Part shown: positions 23,306 through 29,138 of the stretch, one piece after another
How the letters are laid out: each line of letters opens with the position of its first letter
Numbering within the stretch: the first letter of the stretch is position 1
IMG/VR virus record: IMGVR_UViG_3300031519_000152
Location: 1 to 29,138 of that record
Direction: 5' to 3' (one strand)
From: a virus
Taxonomy: Duplodnaviria > Caudoviricetes
Length of the DNA stretch: 29,138 bases
Program-made: the position numbers and the translations under genes
The notes under the pieces: model-generated
What the model was told of the DNA's origin: nothing
Seen by the model: only the letters and a program-made list of their open reading frames with translations
Database searches by the model: none

Positions 23306-25383
23306 TACGCTAAGTCCATCTTTTGTGCTTTTTTAATGGCTGGTATAATTGTATCTATTACTGTTTCATCTACTAATGGGGCAGATATATTTAAAGTAAT
23401 TCCAGCACCGCCACTTTGATTCATTTGATTAAGTGTTTCTGTGCCTATAGACTCTACAGCATTTCTTGACATTATAAATTCACCTCGCTCTGCTTCAATC
23501 ATTGTACCACCTTGTGAATGTCTGCGACCACCTATTAAACCACCTTGTTCATACTTTGGTGGTGGCGTAGCTAAAGCTATTCCTTGTTGTATAGTGCCTA
23601 ATCCTGCGATAGCTAAAGATAGTGGTATATTAGGTAAGGCTTCTGTCATAGCTTGAGCTGTGTCTAAAGTTATTTGAGCGATTGTAGACATTTTTTTCAT
23701 CATAAAGAGTCTTTTTTCTTCTTTTGCAAACTCTTTTTTGACATTTTTTTCCATTGTTTTTCTTTCTTCAGCAGTACCTTGCTCATAAGAAAGAGAGTCT
23801 TTTAACGCCTGTATTTCATTGTCTCTTCGTCTTTCTACATTTTTTTGGTATTCAGACGTAACTAAATCAAACCCTTGTTTAATTTTATTAACTACTTCCA
23901 TTTCATTAGCTATTCTTTCGTTTTTTTCTTTATCAAAGATAGCTTTTCTTTGTTCAGCAAAATAAGTTTCAGATTCTAGATTATGTTCATTATTAATTAA
24001 AAATTGACTCTCTAATATGTCTAATTCTCCTATTTGAAAATCTACACTATCCTTAAATATAGTCTTTCTTGCATTAGATGATAATTTTAACATACTTTCT
24101 AAATTTTTTAATCTTAATTTTTCTTTTTCATTTACTTCTACTATAGAGTTAGTATCTTCAGAAGTAGGTGCAGTAGGCACTACATCAACAGAAGGTAGAA
24201 ATTGAGCATTATAATCTTTGGTAGTTTTTGTTAATACTTTTAGTGCAGTATTCATGTTATAGTAAGCATCTTCAGCCTTATCTAAAATTAAAAAAGGAAA
24301 TCCCCTTCCAATCATGTCATTATCTAGCAGTTTAGCTTGATCTCTTAATTGAATTAACTGCTGTTCAACACCTAAAGCAGAATCTACATTAATGTTTAAT
24401 TCTTCAGAATACTTTTCTATCATTTTTTTACTATTTTCTACTGCTAAAGTGTATTCCAATGTAGCACTTTTGTTGTGATTGAATATATCCAACAAAGAAG
24501 TTAAATCGTTTAATAAACCAGAAGTTTGAACTGATAATCCACTTATAACTGGAGAAAGAGTATTACCGATTGCTGTAGAAAAATTGGCACTAGATGTAGC
24601 TAGTTGATCTAGTTTATCTTGGGTGCTAGGTAATTCATCCCCTAGTTGAGATACTTTTGCTCTAGCAGATTCCATTGTAGCTTCTAAAAATGCTTGTTTT
24701 TTCTCAGCATCTGTTAGTTTATCTGTTGTTTTACCTAGTTCTTTTGCATATTTTTTATATGCCTCTTCTGATTTTACAATAATACCAATGTTATCTAACA
24801 TAAGTCTTGATTGCCTACCTATACCAGTAACTAAAGATTCTACAGAACTAGCAGTATCTCTACCTAATGCTCGACCTAATCTTTGAGCAATATCAAACAT
24901 TTCAGCCATTTCATCTGAATTTTTACTAACTCCCAACACCATAGCATTATTTGCCTGTTGAAATAAATCAAACTCGTTCATAGTATCGTTTGTTGCTTGT
25001 TTTAATTTATTTAACGCTATCCCTGCTCCTTCCCCACTATCAGATAAAGTATTAAATGCAGTCTTCATTGAATCTACCTTCGCTGATTGAGATGCAAATT
25101 TTCCCATAGCCCTTATTGCAAAACCTACAGCAAAGTTAAATAGAAGCATTTTTGATCTTAAAACAGCAATAGTTCCACCTAAAATTCTAGTTGTATTAAT
25201 GGCTTTTTTGTTTGTTTTATTTAATTTCCCTTGTACATCTTTAACTTTTTTACTTTCAGCAACCAGTTTAGCTTGTCCTTTGACTAAAGATTTAGTCGCA
25301 TCATCTAACCCTTTAATTGCTTTTTCTAGTTTATCTGCATCAACTGCTTTAAAACTAATTTCTACTGTATTTTTATCTGCCAT
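23305..25383 (-). CDS. Tail tape measure protein
   Basis: 692 aa, helical and Ala-rich; GIGRQSRLMLDNIGI and C-terminal GGLIGG..HSQGG...AERGEFIM; follows the tail chaperones. Confidence 0.88.
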   Translation of the reverse strand: MADKNTVEISFKAVDADKLEKAIKGLDDATKSLVKGQAKLVAESKKVKDVQGKLNKTNKKAINTTRILGGTIAVLRSKMLLFNFAVGFAIRAMGKFASQSAKVDSMKTAFNTLSDSGEGAGIALNKLKQATNDTMNEFDLFQQANNAMVLGVSKNSDEMAEMFDIAQRLGRALGRDTASSVESLVTGIGRQSRLMLDNIGIIVKSEEAYKKYAKELGKTTDKLTDAEKKQAFLEATMESARAKVSQLGDELPSTQDKLDQLATSSANFSTAIGNTLSPVISGLSVQTSGLLNDLTSLLDIFNHNKSATLEYTLAVENSKKMIEKYSEELNINVDSALGVEQQLIQLRDQAKLLDNDMIGRGFPFLILDKAEDAYYNMNTALKVLTKTTKDYNAQFLPSVDVVPTAPTSEDTNSIVEVNEKEKLRLKNLESMLKLSSNARKTIFKDSVDFQIGELDILESQFLINNEHNLESETYFAEQRKAIFDKEKNERIANEMEVVNKIKQGFDLVTSEYQKNVERRRDNEIQALKDSLSYEQGTAEERKTMEKNVKKEFAKEEKRLFMMKKMSTIAQITLDTAQAMTEALPNIPLSLAIAGLGTIQQGIALATPPPKYEQGGLIGGRRHSQGGTMIEAERGEFIMSRNAVESIGTETLNQMNQSGGAGITLNISAPLVDETVIDTIIPAIKKAQKMDLA

Positions 25384-25812
25384 TTTTCATTGCCTTTGCT
25401 TTCTGTCTCTCTAATAAATTATTTAGTAAAAAACTCTTTTCAACCCACTTTTTAGGCTGTTCTCCATAAGAGCCATTATATGCAGGCACATTAAAGTTCC
25501 TTACATACATAAATCTTGATATATCTTTTTGTGCTTTTTGATCCATAATTACGTTACTACAAGCAAAAAAGGGTAGCTGTGCCATTACCGAACTTGCGAT
25601 ATTGAAACTACTACCCTTTTCATTCTCTTTTTTTGTTTCTGCTATTATTAAGTCGATAACTCCCCAGACATCATCTTTTGATGTAAAGGTTCTTGTTTCA
25701 TATTTTCCCTCGATTAAGACAGGAATTTGAGCCTTATAGGGGTATGTATGGTACATACAACCCTCACATTGTTTCTCAATTAGGAAGTTACTTTCTAATG
25801 TAAGGGATTCTA
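25373..25812 (-). CDS. Tail assembly chaperone, T part (probably expressed as a G-T fusion by -1 frameshift)
   Basis: The 25373-25756 frame stays open upstream through the end of the G gene (GVESLTLESNFLIEKQCEGCMYHTYP) and is the -1 frame relative to it. Confidence 0.7.
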
Positions 25813-26064
25813 CTCCCCCAAGCGTTGAAACTCTTGAACTGCTAAAGACAACTCATTCTTTTCATTATCGCTAAGTGCTTTGATAAAATCATCATCAGCA
25901 CCCTTAACACCTTTGCGAATCCAAGCTGTTCTTGCTTTTGCTAAGTTGGTAATAGCCACAATTTCATTACCTTCATATCTCATTTGAGGTAAATCATTAC
26001 AGAAATCAATATCATCTACTGACATCTCTTTAAGTTCTACTTCTATTCCAGATTTAAGTTTCAT
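25810..26064 (-). CDS. Tail assembly chaperone, G part
   Basis: 84 aa between tail tube and tape measure genes; ends LGE* on TTG GGG GAG TAG. Confidence 0.8.
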   Translation of the reverse strand: MKLKSGIEVELKEMSVDDIDFCNDLPQMRYEGNEIVAITNLAKARTAWIRKGVKGADDDFIKALSDNEKNELSLAVQEFQRLGE

Positions 26065-26066
26065 AA

Positions 26067-27083
26067 TTATGCCACAATCACTTCTAATAGAGAGTCACTA
26101 CTCGAATCTGATACTCCCTGCATAATTACATTAACTTTTAAATAATCATCTTCTTGGAAAGATGGTTGTTCGCTAATAAAAGATTTTGCTAAATTAATAC
26201 CAAAAGTATCAGCACTTCCCCAAGTAGCATGATCAGCTAAATACAATCCTTTAGCTGGAACAGTCTGAGTTCTCCAATTATCTAAAAAATCTATTGTATT
26301 TGTGTCGTATTTAACAACGCAATTAGCCATGACTTTAAAATCAGGAATTGATCTTTGATATGCTTCTGGTAATCCATAGTCACTACCAGATACTTTATTG
26401 CCTAAAAATATAGCAGGATTTTCTATAGTTAAACCTACTGAATCTAAAATAACATCAGTATCATTAACCATTTTATCATCTGTAAAATGAGATAAGTATC
26501 TAAAATTGGTGCTATATGCATTAACTGTACTTGCAGACGATGCTGAAGAAGAAAATGGAGACCTAGTTTGAGCTGTTAAATCAAATGTAAATCTTCCACC
26601 ATTTTCAGAAGAATTAGCATTTATAGTTAGTGAAGTTATTATACAACCTTTAAGTGTATAAGAAGAATTAAAAGCACTTACTCCCTTAATATGAAAAGCA
26701 ACAGTATTATGACTACCACTACTTGTTGCTCCATGAAGAAAAGATACAGGAGCATGATTATATAAGACTTTTACAACATTACTGGCGTGTTCTACCCCAG
26801 TAGCATTTTCCATTAATATCGGTAGTAATTCTGAGGTTAATACTCCACTTACACTAAATTCATGTACTGCTCCAGCTTCGTGTCTCAGTAAATCTCCTGT
26901 ATTGACAATTCTACCTTGGCTTCCTGCTCTCTGCTCTGTTATTCTTAAATCATTAATAGTAGGTAAACTAATTGCCTCAACCTCTATTCCTGTAAATGTT
27001 GATGGTGCAGTACCTACTGTTGTTTCTTCTGCTATACCAACTGTAAATTCTTTTGGTGAAAACGCTGATGTGTTTGCTGACAT
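26067..27083 (-). CDS. Major tail (tube) protein
   Basis: 338 aa S/T-rich, N-terminal VGIAEETTVGTA and GCIITSLTINA; canonical position; AAGGAG RBS. Confidence 0.8.
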   Translation of the reverse strand: MSANTSAFSPKEFTVGIAEETTVGTAPSTFTGIEVEAISLPTINDLRITEQRAGSQGRIVNTGDLLRHEAGAVHEFSVSGVLTSELLPILMENATGVEHASNVVKVLYNHAPVSFLHGATSSGSHNTVAFHIKGVSAFNSSYTLKGCIITSLTINANSSENGGRFTFDLTAQTRSPFSSSASSASTVNAYSTNFRYLSHFTDDKMVNDTDVILDSVGLTIENPAIFLGNKVSGSDYGLPEAYQRSIPDFKVMANCVVKYDTNTIDFLDNWRTQTVPAKGLYLADHATWGSADTFGINLAKSFISEQPSFQEDDYLKVNVIMQGVSDSSSDSLLEVIVA

Positions 27084-27259
27084 TACTTAGACTCCTTTTT
27101 TTCTTTTTTTAATGATTTTACTTCTTCTACGAGAGATAGAAGTTTAGTTGGTATAGAATCTACTTCAACTTCCTTACCATTATTTAAATCATAAATAAGC
27201 TGTCTATCCATTCCACTAGGCACGCTTTCCAACTTTCCGTTTTTTGCTTTTATCTTCAT
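27083..27259 (-). CDS. Small hypothetical protein (58 aa)
   Basis: Below the cut-off. AAGGGAG RBS, TAATG-coupled to the tail tube gene; MKIKAKNGKLESVPSGMDRQLIYDLNNGKEVEVDSIPTKLL... Confidence 0.75.
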   Translation of the reverse strand: MKIKAKNGKLESVPSGMDRQLIYDLNNGKEVEVDSIPTKLLSLVEEVKSLKKEKKESK

Positions 27260-27276
27260 ATCTCTCCCTTGTTACT

Positions 27277-27711
27277 TTAAGATATATTTCCTAAAAATAA
27301 GCCTTTCCATTCCCATCTAATAACATTAAGTCCTTCTATAGTAGATTCAGCTTCTTGTTTTTCATTAATTCTAGCTGTATCGAATCTACCATTAAAAAAG
27401 GTGTTATTTTGATTGTTAAAAAAAAGAGCTTCTATATGTGATGCTTGACGAAGTATATGTTCCCAAGTATCTTTTTTTACTGTTTTTTCCTTAAAAGTAT
27501 ATGATACATCTAAGATATATTCTCTAGTCTCACCTACTGCATCATAACTAATTAAATCTGTTCCTATTGGGTTAAGCCTAATAGATTGGCTACCCATGTC
27601 TTTAAAATCTCCTGTGTAGACTGGAATACTTCCTGCAAACTCTGCATTTAAGAAAGTACGAATTGTGTCTAAAATCTTTGTTTCCCAAATATTGACAAAT
27701 GTTATAGGCAT
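27277..27711 (-). CDS. Putative tail terminator / completion protein
   Basis: 144 aa; size and position upstream of the tail tube gene. Confidence 0.6.
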   Translation of the reverse strand: MPITFVNIWETKILDTIRTFLNAEFAGSIPVYTGDFKDMGSQSIRLNPIGTDLISYDAVGETREYILDVSYTFKEKTVKKDTWEHILRQASHIEALFFNNQNNTFFNGRFDTARINEKQEAESTIEGLNVIRWEWKGLFLGNIS

Positions 27712-28661
27712 TATCTACGAGACATCCTTATAGAATATGGCATCCCTGCATCTAGTGCAGATTCATTCTTGCCAAAAAACTCTATTTCCCATTTATCATT
27801 AATGGTTGCTGTATCTGCTGTATCTCCTGCAAAACGAATATCAACTCCACTAGCTAATGTTTGATACTGCCCATTAACAGTATCTACATAGTCTGCATTT
27901 TCGCTATTATTCATTCTTTCAGCACCGAGGTTATCTCCATCTTTTAACCATACAGAGTATTTAGCAGTTCCTAAAGCTCCTGCTGTTGTAATCTTAACTC
28001 CAATACGATCATAAATATCATGGTATTCTCCTCTTGTGTCTACAATACGGATACTTCCACTTACAGATACTTCTCTGATTACTCCTTTAGCTGAATCACC
28101 AGTTACTTGCCAAGATAGTTTCGTACTTCCTTCATTCAACGATAGTATGTTCTTTTCTGACTCTTCAAATAAAGCATCTGATATTTCAGATGTGGGTTGA
28201 GATGCACGAATTAAAAAACTACAAGCTAATAAAGCTGTAGTCCTGACTATGATATAGTCGTAGTTACCATCTTGGTCTTTGAATTGTTCTCTAGGCAGTT
28301 TGCCATCTAATCTTGAATCTAAATACTTACTAGCATTAGAGATGTAACGAGTTCTTGTGGAATCCCAATCATCTCCAGATTCCATTAACATATCATTAGG
28401 GTTAGTAGCACTATTATTGTAATAAACTACATCGTTGGTATCATCATAGAACCATTCACCATTAGAATCGACATCAGTATATGCAGATTGAGCATTACCT
28501 AAATTCTCTCCATTAGCAAATAACTGAGTAACTAAACCTACATTGTGTGCTTTGTATCTATTACTAGAGTCTATTACCCATCCATATATAGGAGTCTTTG
28601 TATCAAACTCGTCTATGGAAGGGTATATATCTTTTAAATCTCTGTTCGTGCAGTAAGCCAT
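27711..28661 (-). CDS. Putative head-tail adaptor with extra domains
   Basis: Starts MAYCTNRDL and contains ISNASKYLDSRL, both typical of adaptors; AGGAG RBS. Confidence 0.6.
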   Translation of the reverse strand: MAYCTNRDLKDIYPSIDEFDTKTPIYGWVIDSSNRYKAHNVGLVTQLFANGENLGNAQSAYTDVDSNGEWFYDDTNDVVYYNNSATNPNDMLMESGDDWDSTRTRYISNASKYLDSRLDGKLPREQFKDQDGNYDYIIVRTTALLACSFLIRASQPTSEISDALFEESEKNILSLNEGSTKLSWQVTGDSAKGVIREVSVSGSIRIVDTRGEYHDIYDRIGVKITTAGALGTAKYSVWLKDGDNLGAERMNNSENADYVDTVNGQYQTLASGVDIRFAGDTADTATINDKWEIEFFGKNESALDAGMPYSIRMSRR

Positions 28662-28697
28662 ATCTCTCCTAATTTATAACTCAAACCTTTCTTATGC

Positions 28698-28720
28698 AAT
28701 AGTTAAGTCAATTAACTTTT
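28698..28720. promoter_or_regulatory. GTTAA-N5-TTAAC palindrome, site 8
   Basis: AATAGTTAAGTCAATTAACTTTT, perfect core, between endolysin and adaptor; abuts a minus-strand TTGCAT-N17-TAAATT (28699-28671). Confidence 0.6.
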
Positions 28721-29111
28721 AATCTAATATTTCTATATGAACTAAATCCATAAATGTTTGGTCTTTAGTCTCACCATCACTATCCCAATCTCCACCCCAT
28801 CGAATCTTTAGATTGAGTTGTTTGGCAATCCCTCTAACCATGCCACCCATATAATAAAACCTATTACTCTCTTCCCAGTTAATTGGGTAAGGAGCTAAGT
28901 CTACTGCTTTGCCTAGCTGATGATTACTCTTTTTATTGATACCATCAAGCTTACTCTTTCCATCTTTAAAATATTTGTTTTGAGTTTCGGCTGACCTAAC
29001 TCCTTCAATAATCGTAACATCCATGACTTTGATTAATTCATTTAGTACATTGACTAACCTTGAATCTACACCTTTCAATCTTGCACGACTTCTTTTCCCA
29101 AACTTATACAT
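28719..29111 (-). CDS. Endolysin, M15-family L-alanyl-D-glutamate peptidase (T5-like)
   Basis: FGKRSRARLKGV, IIEGVRS, SNHQLGKAVD, RWGGDW and DLVHIE zinc-peptidase motifs. Confidence 0.9.
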   Translation of the reverse strand: MYKFGKRSRARLKGVDSRLVNVLNELIKVMDVTIIEGVRSAETQNKYFKDGKSKLDGINKKSNHQLGKAVDLAPYPINWEESNRFYYMGGMVRGIAKQLNLKIRWGGDWDSDGETKDQTFMDLVHIEILD

Positions 29112-29138
29112 TACTTCTTTTTTTTACCCTTGATTACT

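Noticed and set aside
3689-27090. Short antisense or out-of-frame ORFs (3689, 4061, 6242, 6364, 7500, 12001, 12822, 13574, 14178, 17316, 18357, 20883, 23441, 25199, 26902)
   Set aside because: They overlap well-supported genes and have no recognisable motifs.
1-29138. tRNA genes, integrase/att site, DGR or retron reverse transcriptase, introns/inteins, stop-codon recoding
   Set aside because: No cloverleaf, recombinase or RT motifs were seen; terL, portal and helicase are uninterrupted and of normal size; TAA, TAG and TGA all end genes.
29111-29138. 3' end of an upstream minus-strand ORF (...VIKGKKKK*), possibly a holin
   Set aside because: Only about nine codons are visible, too few to assign.

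Overview
An AT-rich fragment of a tailed dsDNA bacteriophage (siphovirus-type tail), probably most of a circularly permuted genome; no host genes, integrase or DNA polymerase are visible. The minus strand carries scaffold, major capsid and a fibre gene at the left end, and endolysin, head-tail, tail tube, tail chaperones (probable -1 frameshift), tape measure and tail-tip genes at the right end. A terL-portal-head morphogenesis block runs on the plus strand, divergent from the capsid genes and convergent with a probable terS. After an approximately 820 bp non-coding region come many small early genes and a replication/recombination module (HTH initiator, T7 gp4/Twinkle-like primase-helicase, metallophosphoesterase, SSB-like, NinG-like, DUF1599-like, NinB-like). 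The most interesting signals are non-coding: a complete type I hammerhead ribozyme after the first early gene; a hairpin loop in the initiator leader exactly complementary (12/12) to the RBS of that same early gene; eight copies of a GTTAA-N5-TTAAC palindrome, one forming stem III of the ribozyme; a duplicated, inverted origin-like cassette; a multi-branched candidate ncRNA of about 155 nt; a helically phased TGGCGTA array; and a Fur-box-like site. All calls come from reading the sequence by eye; no searches were run.
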